A DNA stretch of 64,000 bases from Camelus dromedarius. Lineage: Eukaryota. The stretch spans positions 64,730,001-64,794,000 of the forward strand of contig NC_087437.1 in NCBI RefSeq assembly GCF_036321535.1, read 5' to 3'. The notes beneath the pieces were generated by a model. That model saw only the letters and a program-made list of their open reading frames with translations, searched no databases and was not told the DNA's origin. A program made the translations under genes and the position numbers. Position 1 is the first letter of the stretch. Each line of letters opens with the position of its first letter. Shown piece by piece: positions 52,282 to 64,000 of the stretch.

Positions 52282-53888
52282 TGTATTGACTTTAAGATAA
52301 ACATTTATTGTAAGGAAAATTAAATAAGGAAAAGGAGTCATCTGAATTTGCTCATGAACAGCTCTGGGAAGAGCTGGGGGAAAGAGTCTGTGGCCAGCCA
52401 CATGTGTGCACAGGCACGCCACCCAGGGTGTCTCACCTAGACTGCTGTGTGTGGTTACTCCTTTTGTGTCTTCACTGCTACCCTGGTGGACCCTGGCTAT
52501 CCTGACTTTTGTCCCAGGCCCAAGGATGGAGGTGATCCCTCACTCCTTGCTACTGGCTCTTCTGTTCTGCAGATAGAGCTACTCAGCGAACCTCAAAAAA
52601 GATGGAGAATGAAGCCTACTAAGGGTTCATGCCACCCGTATTCTCTTGAGTCTTCCCGAGTGGTCATCAATCTTACATTTTTCCCTTCATTTTTTACTGA
52701 GCCCTTAAAACAGTCTGTAGAGTGGTGGTGCCCCAGACACACTCCCTTCTTATACCCCCAACTCTCCTCCCTTCTCCCTCTTGCTCTTGGGATGACCTGA
52801 TCTCCTCTTGTACAGTGGGGTACATCCTTTGTCTCTACCCTAACACATTCTGGTCCTGATACATCTCCTTCCCTTAGAGGAACATGTGTTCTTTCTGCTC
52901 TACAAGGCTGACCCCTCTTGCAGCACTCAGAACCTCATTTTTCCCATCTACTCTTTAAAAAGCATCATTCTTGTCTGAAGAATACTTTAAAAAGCATATA
53001 TAGCAGTAAAGTTAGGGTAGTTAGCATAAATTTTCTTCCTCCTAACCAGGTGTCAATTCCTTGGTTCTTACTACGCCAGAGAACAAACTCCCCATCTCCT
53101 TTCCTCAGTCTACAGATTCTCTGCAATAAAACTCTCCAGGCACAGTGGGTGGATAGGAAGGGGAACTGAAACAAGGTCATTTCATAATTAAATGGCCATC
53201 TTCCACACTGGTCAGATTGGACAGAAAAGTGACTCAAAGATCATCACTGGCTATAATCCACCTGCATTGCTGTTGGCACAGTCTAACAAATTCTACCCTA
53301 TCCTGCCTGGAAAGAAAAGGGAACCAATCAAAATGATTTTTTAAAAGTTTCTATTTAAAAAACTCATTATAAATACAAGGTTAGATTTGTATACTGTTAC
53401 AATCAGTCAACAAATATTTATAGAAAATCCACTCTGTGTCCTGAACTTGGCTACAGCAGCACAAGATGCAGCAATATAGTCCTCCTGGAGTTTACATATG
53501 GATTAGGGAAGTAAGATATGAGACACATGGGGTGAAATAGCAAACAGTGCAAGATAAAGCACAGTTAATGCCTAACTCGTGGGGTAACAACTCCAAGTAC
53601 AGATAAAACTCAGGGGAGCTGGAAATGACACAGGGCTGAAACGGTCATCAAAGCCTTGAGGTAGAAATGTAGATTGGCAAAGGATAAAGGGAAGGAAGGT
53701 GTTAAAAATAGTGGGTACAACAAGGGCAAAGATATCGAGCTAAGAATAAAGTATTATGGGGGCAATGAAGAGACAAAGTTCTCAAAATTTGTGAGAACAA
53801 AAGGCAATAAAATTGATAGGCAAAGAGGCTAGATTTCCTATCCAAAGGCACAGGATCAGGTAACAGTAAGTGTTGATAAGAATATAGA

Positions 53889-53994
53889 GTGGGGGAGGGT
53901 ATAGCTCAGTCGTAGAGCATGTGCTTAGCGTGCAGAAGGTCCTGGGTTCAATCCCCAGCACCTCCATTAAAAAAAAAAAGAGCGAGAGAGAGAA
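53889..53994 (+). mobile_element. tRNA-derived SINE
   Basis: ggggagggtatagctcagtcgtagagc...gggttcaatccccagcacctcc followed by polyA. Confidence 0.88.
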
Positions 53995-53999
53995 AAGAA

Positions 54000-54660
54000 T
54001 GTAGAAATCAGAATCTTCCATACGATGCTGGTGGGATGTAAAATAGTGCAGTCACTTTTGAAAATAATCTGGCACTTCCTTAAAAAGTTAAACATAGAGT
54101 TTCCATCCAACCCAGCAATTTCACTCCTATGTGTATACCCAAGGAAAATGAAAACATACGTCCACACAAAAACTTTTACTAGAATGTTCACAGCAGCATC
54201 ATTCATAGTAATTCAAAAGTGGGAGCAACCTAAATGCCCACCAATTAGATGAATGGGTAAATAAAATGTGTTGTATTCATACAATGGGATACTGGATGTA
54301 TAAAAAGACATGAAGTACTGATAAATGCTACAACATAGATGAATCCTGAAGACAGGCTAAGTGGAAGAAGTCAGTCACAAAAGACCACATATTTTGATTC
54401 CATTTATATAAAATGTCCATATATATAGATACAGAAAGTAGATTAGTGGTTATTTAAGAATGGAGGTGGGGGTGAGGCAGAAGGGAGTGACAGCTAAAGG
54501 GTATGAGGTTTCTTTTTGATATGGTGAAAATGTTCTGAAGTTAATTGTGGTTATGGTTTTAAAACTCAGTGAATATATGAAAAAACCAGAGTTGTACACT
54601 TTAAAGGTGAACTGCATGTCATGTGACTTATACCGCGATAAAGCTGTTACAAAAAAGAAG
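54000..54660 (+). mobile_element. L1M 3' end
   Basis: Remnant LKKLNIEFPSNPAISLLCVYPRKMKTYVHTKT followed by 3'UTR. Confidence 0.85.
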
Positions 54661-55074
54661 GTATGAAAAGGGATTTTAAGTATATGACTCATTTTAAGTG
54701 CTGAGAATTTACTAATGAGACATGGCAACTCTGGCCTCAAACAGGATTACAGACAGGTAGAAGGTAACAGTCAGTAGCGCAAACATCTTATTCAGAAAAG
54801 AAAGCACCCTGGAATCTTTGTGCCTAGAAGTTTTATACCCACAATTTATTAGACAGACTCCTCTAAAGCAGGTGCTGTCTTATTCCTTTTTGTATTCCCA
54901 ATGATGTGCAGAGGGTCTGAATTTTAATGGCTACTCAAACTAATGTCTATTGAATGTTAGGTTAATAGAGTAGACATTAAACCAACACTGTCAGGTTTGT
55001 CAAATGGTGTCCATGATGAAGTTTTCACCAGTCTGAGGACAGATGAGAAAAATAAGGTCAATGTGGTATCTGTA

Positions 55075-55750
55075 TTAAAAGTTAAAAGAGAATAAATATA
55101 TCTATGAAAGAAATTGAATATGCAGTTCAAAATTTTCCCACAAAGAAATCCAGCCCAAAGTGGCTTCACTGATGAATTCTGCCAAATATTTGGGAAGAAG
55201 TAATGCCAATTCTCCACAAACTCTTCCAGAACATTGAAAAGGAGGCAATACTTCCCAACTCATTCTATGAAACTAGAATTACTCAGATATCAAAACTAGA
55301 AGAGACATTATAAGAAAGTAAAACTACTGACCAATATCCCTTATGAATATAGAAGCAAATTTTCTTGACCAACTTTTAGAAAATCAAATTCTCTGGTTAC
55401 AAAAAGGAAAACACACTGTAACCAAGTAGAGTTTATCCTAGGAGTGCAAGGTTGGTTTAACATCTGACTTCATTAAGATGCTACAAAAGAGAAACTGGAT
55501 GATCATCTGAATAGATACAGAAAAAGTATTTGATAACATCTAACTTCCATTCCTGATAAGAAGCTCTCAATAATTTAGAAATAAAAAGGATATTTCTAAA
55601 CTCTATAAAAGGCATCTATGTAAAACCTACAGTTAACACCACACTTAATGGTGCAAGACTGAATGCCTTCCCCCTAAGATCAGGAACAAGAATGTCCCTT
55701 CTCACTATAGCTATACAACATTTTACTGGAGGTTCTAGCCAGTGCAATTG
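55075..55750 (+). mobile_element. L1 ORF2 (RT region) fragment
   Basis: ggcttcactgatgaattctgccaa, gagtgcaaggttggtttaaca and ttccccctaagatcaggaacaag motifs. Confidence 0.85.
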
Positions 55751-56748
55751 GGCTGAACTAGTCTTGAAGATTCAGACTGAAAACATAAACATCTATGTTC
55801 TATACTCAAAAACAAATAAGCAAGAAACAAAAGATTTTTCAGATAAAGTGAAAAGACTTAGGATTCACTTTTTGAAAATCTTACCATTAAGCACCATAAA
55901 AATTAGGCTTTTATATAATTGGCTGAACTTAAACCTGCATATTAAAAAGCAGAATACTTAAAATTATACCATGGGATTAAGGGCTAACACAATTTCTCTC
56001 TTTGAGGTATAATTGTAACCTAAGTTGTTTTCTTCTGATTCAAAAAGTAAACCTTGAGATTCAAACAAACTGGCAACCAAGGAAACGGAAATATTAGAAC
56101 TTTTATAAACTGTGCTGGAAGATTTTACCTTAAGAGTGGGAGGATCGACGTATCAGAAGAATCATAGTTTTCATAGGATAAAATACTAACTTTCTCTTCA
56201 CAAAGGAAAAAGAAGAGTCTTGGGCTTTTCTGGGGAAATATTTCCTTTGTGGTTTTTTTAGAAAGTGGCAGCTCAGTATTATATTTTGCATGTCGTGTTT
56301 TCGGTTATAGGTGTACATTTAATTCTCAGTAACCATTCAACACATGGAATAAATGGATTATAAAACTTCCAGCACTTTCTTGAGGAAAAGGAAAGTTGGA
56401 ATCACCATAGTGTAATAATGTTGAAGTAACAGCGGGGAATTGCCTGAAGAGAAGGGGTCAGTCCCAACATCACTGTTCCATGTAAGAATGATGACAGTGG
56501 GATGCCACCAACACCTGAAATGTAGGTCTGGAAGTCTCTTAATACAGAGAGAACCAGAATTATTCAATTAGCTGTAACAAAGTAACTCAGACTAACTGCA
56601 TGAGGGATGAGCCTTTCTTTTCTTTTTAAAATTAAAAAAGGCCAAAATAGATTTTTAAAAATAGTTTATTATGTATAGGCAGTATCCTAAGCACTCTATA
56701 CATATTAACTATACATACTATGTCATTCTCATAATAAACTAATACATT

Positions 56749-56840
56749 TCTTTTTTTTTTTTAAATGGAGGTGCTGGGGATTGAACCCCGGACCTCATGC
56801 AGGCTAAGCAAGTGCTCCACCGCCAAGCTATACCCTCCCC
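56749..56840 (-). mobile_element. tRNA-derived SINE
   Basis: polyT-ggaggtgctggggattgaacccc...agctataccctcccc. Confidence 0.85.
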
Positions 56841-59800
56841 CTTAAACTAGTAAGTTTCACTATCTCTATTTTTCAGATGAGGAGAGGGAGGCACAGGCAC
56901 GCTGAGTGACCACTCAAGGCCATACAGCTGTTAGGTAGCAACTGGGATTTAAATCCAGTTAGTCTGGCTCGGGAGTCCAAATTCTCAACCATGAGACTGT
57001 AATGCAACCTGCAAAGGTGTAGGAGTCTGATTAAACAGCCTGTCTATCAGGTTATCTATCTCTAGTTATAACAGGTTGTCTAGTGTACCATTTAGGTTGG
57101 ACATACTTTAAAAATGGGATGGTAGAGACATGGTAATAGAAGAAGCTATAATTGGAAACGTGGTCCACCCTGAATGGCACCCAGATCTCGATGCATGACC
57201 TGCACTTCCCCACCCTGGGGACTTTCTACTGTTTTCCATTTTTAATCAGCCTGACTGAGGGTATAGTTTACATATCATGAAATGGACCCATTTTAAGAGT
57301 ATAGTTCTGAGTCTTGGTGAATGTATATGCCTGTGTAACCACCACTACCATCAACCCAAAAGGTTCCCTGATGTCCCTTCCAAGTAAATTCTCACCCCAT
57401 ATGCATCCCTAGGCCACCGCTGATCTGTTTTCTTTCTATCATTAGAGAGAGAATATCATATAAATTGCATGATACACTTTGTACTCTTGTTTTTTCAGTC
57501 TGGATTTTTTTGCTCAGCATGTTTTTGTGATTCACCAGTGTTGCTGTATGTATTTGCCTTTGCATTTGACATTTCCTTTAAGGAATAGATCCTTTCCACA
57601 CATCCTAATCCATCCTTCAAGACCTATCTCAAATGACTGTCCTTTATTTTCCTCCTTACTTCAAGTCCTAACCTGCACAATATTGTAGTGTTTCATCTTT
57701 ACAGCAGGTGTATAAATGAAATCACATGAGTGTTGCATTCTTCCAGTCAAAATTTGTGCCTTGTCCATTAATAATCAGTTATCTGTTTACTAATTCATCT
57801 CTTTAGGCATCTTTAATATCTCTTTTGGCAAGTTGACTTGTACCTGATTTTCTGCATAATACCCTGCATAACAGGGAAGGTAGTGATGGAAACCATTCCA
57901 CCCTTAAAAGCAATGATAGGAAATCTTTAAATTGAAATTCACTGACCCACAAAAAAGTGACACAAGCTACACAATAATTTAGATTTCCCCCCTGGAGAGA
58001 ACATCCTTCTTTCAGACTTTTAAAAGAAGAAATTAATATCTCTATTAAAAAAGAAAATACAAAATTATACTTGAGATTTTAACTCTGTATCATATGCTTA
58101 TAAATTGTTTTATTTGGGGAGAAATTTGAGGAGAAAGAAAAAATAAATAAAGGGAGAGAAAGGAAGAAAGTTAAAAGAAAGACTTAATTTAAACATGTAA
58201 GATAATATACAAAGAGACACAGGCTCACAAAAAAAACTAAGCACTGAGAAAGACATACTAAAAGAGGGACAAACGCGTATAACATGCATACACTTAGATG
58301 CCCACATATTAGCTCTCATGTGGTAATATTTCCATCTTGTGGCCTTTTAGGGTATTTCCTCTAAAGGATTTAGAAGTCAAACTATTGCTCATTGTAAGCA
58401 CAAATGGGAATCACCTCTTGTTACATACTCTAAGGGTCAACTGAATTAAGCCAAAGACTAGAAACTAGAATTTCCAATGCTTACACAGGACATCATTTCT
58501 TAGCACAAAGGGAAAATGGGAGGGAGTGCACAAAGAACCCCATTTACCCATATAACGAAGGACAGTTCACACAGATAAGCAGCCTACTGCTTCCTGGCCA
58601 CTTCCTGTGCTAAGAGTGTCGAAAAGAACCAGGACCCATTCCCTTCTCTAACCTCAGTCATCTTTTCTTATCTCCCCTCCATCTCCTCTGGCTCTGTATT
58701 CATCCCCTTCCTCCAAACCCCAGCAGTACCAGCCATTCCTGGAAAGATTGATTCCATTTGCCTTCTGTTATCACCATGGTTCTTTCATCATGCACACCTG
58801 TTTTTTGACTAGTGCGTGGTTGGTGGGGGAAAGCAGGAAGCATGCCTCATGTGCCATCATCCTGAGAGAAGGAAGCAAGTGGTTCCATGCTTACTTACAC
58901 AATGTTCCATTTACATTTGATTGCTGGGTATGGACACAGGCTTTTCCAATCAGAGCCTAGAATATCCCGGCCAGGGCGATTGATTTAAAGATGGGTTATT
59001 GGGTTGAACAGTTCTCTGCACAGGACTCTAGCTTGTGTTGGCAGGTCAAATCAACTAGGTTGCTATTCATTCATTCATTTGACACATATTCAGGTGCCAA
59101 GTGTTCTGGACATGATGCTGAACAATACAGACATAGTTCCTGCTCTTATGAAGCTCAGAGCACAGTGGAAGAGTTGGAATGAAGAGACAGCTGAGGAGCA
59201 GTGTGAGGAGGGCTTGGGGTCTCCGTGGGGGTCAGGAGGGAATTGTGCATTGTGCGCTCTTAAGTTACCTGTTAGTGTTACTTTTAAGGCATATGAGCTG
59301 ATTGATAAATTTTAGGGAGAGAAAAGATCAACAACAACAAAAAAAGAAATTGTGATTAACTTTGTTTAATCAGAAGTTTAATTGATAAGAAACTATTTCA
59401 GTCAACTGAAGAGCTATGAAAGCTTAAACTGGACATATGTAATGGTAAAAATGAGGAAGAAAGAATGGTCAGAAAGTTTACATGGGGATGATATGAAAAT
59501 ACTTCCAGGAGAAAGCAAATTTTGAAACAGTTAAAAGTTTGCAGTGGACATTGATAGAGGAGACAAAAACTGATGGCCCTTCCAGTGTGGGATATGATCT
59601 AAACAGAGGTGCTATGCCAAAAACTCACAAGGGCTTTGTGGGGAGGTGCCAGACCGACTGGCTTATAAGAGAATTGACAGAAGGTGAGAATGGAACTCCA
59701 GGCTGAGATACTCGGATTAGATTGTATGGATTGTACGGATGACAGGTTTCCTTGTTGGTCTCAATAATGACAGTGAATAATTGCTGGTCCATCTCTTGAC

Positions 59801-60697
59801 AGAGACACGGACAAGATCTTAAATACCAGAATGCCCACCCAACTGCCTGAGTTCCTGAGGCTTAAAGGAGACTTACAGCAAGCACATAGGACACTTCGGC
59901 CCATGCCCACACGTTACTCCTCCCCATAACTCTAACTCTATTTTCCTATCTGTCTCCTCAACTGGATGAATTGGGCCAGACCATGTGTGAGCCAGGAGGA
60001 CACATACTTGCCTGTACCAGGGTCAGCTGAGGTGTCTGTGCAGGGGCTACTTTTTACTTTGGCCACCTTGCTTCTCCTCCCTCCTCATTTTGGCAGTAGC
60101 ACTGATTTCCCTGTGGGGATCCACTCTTACTCTTACTTTCAGTCTAAGTAGTTTGGGAGGACTTCACTCCCAGCTTCAGGGATAGCTATGTAATCGCAGA
60201 CTGGCCAATCGAAATAGTTTCTGGGACTTTTACAAGAGATCCTGGGAAGTAAGGAGAGCCAAGCAGTAAGGATTTAATGTGCTTGAAGCTGCTGCAGGCT
60301 GAAAATTGCTAACCCCAAGGAATAAGGCATCAAGAGATGAAGATGAGAGCATCTAGTTACACCTGGAATATTTCCAAGATTTTCAGAATTACGAGCTACT
60401 AATAATGTTCCTTCTTTTGTTTGAGCCAGTTTGATTTGGATTTTCTGTTGTAAGCAACTGAAAGTCCCCATCTTGACTATAGCTTAATTCTTGGACTAAA
60501 GAATAGTTGAGCCCAAGGCTTTAAACACATAATCAAATTAAATATCAGTTTTGCAGAAGTCAGTTGCTCAGGCGTTTGAAATGGCAATTTGAATCCAAAG
60601 CTATATCTAGTGACCTCATTTATTTTCTTTGAGGTAACTACTTTATCTGTCTTGCCTGGATCAGCCCAAATTTGCTTTATTACACAGTGAACTGCTA

Positions 60698-61696
<999 letters not shown>

Positions 61697-64000
61697 TCAA
61701 ACATGCTAGTCACTGGAGACAGGATGAAAGGTAAGGACAACCAGAATCTGTTCCTCTCCAGTGTGAGCACTCAACCATCTGTCAGCCTATCAGAGAGTGT
61801 TCTAATTCCCACAGTGCTACCTTCAAAGGTGGGTCTGGCCTAAAGTCAACCCAACAACAGTAGAAGCTACTTATCCTTTCAAGGAGAGCCTTTATGCACT
61901 GTGCCAGTTTCTCTAACTTCCTCTGTGCTGTCTCACTGGCTGCAATATATCCATGTACACATTTTCTGCCTGTGGGGTCCAGCTTCTCATTTGAGTGTTT
62001 TAGCTTCCCCTTTACTATAATGAACACTTTGTCAGTGACTCACTTCTGGAAGGAATCAGGTTCCCTTTGGGTTATGAATCTAAGGGTCTTCACCCCGAGG
62101 GGTTCCCCTTTCTTACTCTGCCTAGTTTCTCTCTTCCAGTCTCCAGCTATTCCCTCTCTTCCCTCCCGCATCGCCCCACCTCCTCCACCTACTGTAATAC
62201 TTTAGATAAAAGTACCCTCGATTGCAGTTATTTCTAAGAACTGTTTATCATTTAGGCTCAAATAGCCATTTAGGTACATTAGGCTCAATTCCTCTTCATC
62301 ACAATAACAATGATGTACATCATTAAATACAGTCATAAAAACTTCCTTTCCTCTCCTGGCTTCTCAGTGACTTCAATCACCACCGAGAGCCCTTTCCTCT
62401 GGTCAATTTCAGGTGGTGGCTGAGGCCTCTGGACAGGCTTTAGATGTGGGTCTCCAAAACCTAGAGAGGCTGAAAAGGAACCCTGGAGAAGCTGCCCCAA
62501 TGTGTTTCCACTTTCTCGGACATAGCCAGTTCAATATCTGAGCAGGAGTGTGGGCCACCAAGGGAAGAAAGTCCTACCTTTGCCAGTAAAAGATCCTTGC
62601 CTGAAGAAGTATCTGAACACTATGTAAGGCATTTGTTAGTGCAGAGCTTCCTGACTTCTTTTCACATTGTGGCAAACAGAGAAGGCGGGGTGAATGGCAG
62701 CAGCTGACCAGCCCTGCTGGGTGTGCTCTGACCACCCTAGACCCCACCTACCATCCCAAACCCAGAGAGGCTCAATATCTTAGCCCATCTGCAGCACTCC
62801 TGGACGTCCTGCTCACCAGTTAGGAAGTTCCAAGTTATTGGACCATTTCTTCTGAAGCACAAAGCTTTTTTGCACTGAATGGAATTTCTTCTTGGTAATG
62901 AAAGAGGGTTTAAAAATCTCTTGTTTTCCAGTTTTCTAGAGAGATTTAAAACTTAAGAAAACCATGTTGAAGAATTTGAGGGACTGCTTTTTTTAAAATA
63001 TATTTTTCTCCAATTAAAACAGTTAGTTTTCAATGTTGAGTGTTTTGAAATGAATTATTCCATAAATAGTTTCTATATCAAAAACAGAAAAGACACTGAT
63101 GTATGAAAGACCTGGGCCAACTTTGCTAAAGAGCAGGCATGAATTTTCTGATAAGAACTTTGATTTGGGGAGTTATAATACAAAAGTGATCCTTTTTTTT
63201 TTTCTATTATTGAAATAAGCTTCTTCTTGCTCTACTCTGGGAATCCATGAGGTAGGCAGTTAGATTAGATAATCCTGGAGATGTTGTTTTTAGAGATCTT
63301 CATTTGCAGACCCAGACAACAGGCTTCTCAATCTAGTTTTTGCAAATAAAAAATCCACTCAGGTCTTTTGTAAATTCATTCATTGTTGCTTACTTCTTGA
63401 TCTCTTTTGAAAAACTGGCCATAAAGGGTTTTAAAGATAAAAAATTACAAACAAATATATCCCCCATGGATATGTTTCTCTTAAAGAATGCATTTATAAT
63501 ATTTGTCCACTTTTTAAAAAGCAAACTAGAAAAGTGGGGGTAAATACCATTTCATTACCCCCCCACAAAAAACCCCCTTAAAAACATACAAAACTTTATT
63601 GTAAGAGGGGAGAGTTTCACGAATGATTCAGAAAACTTCTAACCACAGCTCGTTCTACTGGCCTGCTTGTTCCATCCACTTGGTGGCGTGAGTGGTATAA
63701 GAAATACAACAGGGCATCTGTCCCCACCCTGCAGGGTAGTGGTTCCCAGCTCTGCTGCACATCAGAATCACCTCAGGAGCTTTCCAAACTCCTGACTCCC
63801 AGGCTGCATCTCATATCAATTAAGCCAGGATCTCTAGGGGGTGGGAGGGTGAGACCCAGGCATCAATATTTTTAAAGCTCCCTGAATGCTCCAACATGCA
63901 GCCATGACAGACAACATTTAGATACACTTACATTGGTTTGACTGATAATCATTATAGTCTTCTCAACACTTTTACCATTCAAGTTCAACTTAACCTTATC

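Noticed and set aside
53889..53965. tRNA gene
   Set aside because: A tRNA-like head with a polyA tail, TSD-like flanks and multiple diverged copies makes this a SINE, not a tRNA.

Overview
This is mammalian genomic DNA, most likely from a camelid or another artiodactyl, judged from the tRNA-derived SINEs, the L1 3' ends and a bovine-like CASR tail. The minus strand carries the last four coding exons of the calcium-sensing receptor gene CASR (human-numbered exons 4-7, 61600->44067) with its 3'UTR. Further left, also on minus, is the complete 3-exon cystatin A/stefin A gene CSTA (16166->5375), which the ORF track misses because its exons are short. Between the two genes lies an intronless OCIAD2 retrocopy with an intact 153-aa ORF, a perfect 17-bp TSD and an adjacent CTCF-like motif. 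The rest is mostly TEs: L1, L2, MIR, MaLR, MER5/58/91, tRNA-SINEs and a solo ERV LTR. The best leads are the intact OCIAD2 retrogene candidate, an LTR plus hAT pair beside the skippable CASR exon 5, a conserved +30-nt CASR alternative acceptor, a twin-primed L1, a possible L1 3' transduction and a candidate keratinocyte enhancer. I found no convincing evidence of a wholly new multi-gene system. TE family names and comparisons to human or bovine proteins come from memory and pattern recognition, not from database searches.
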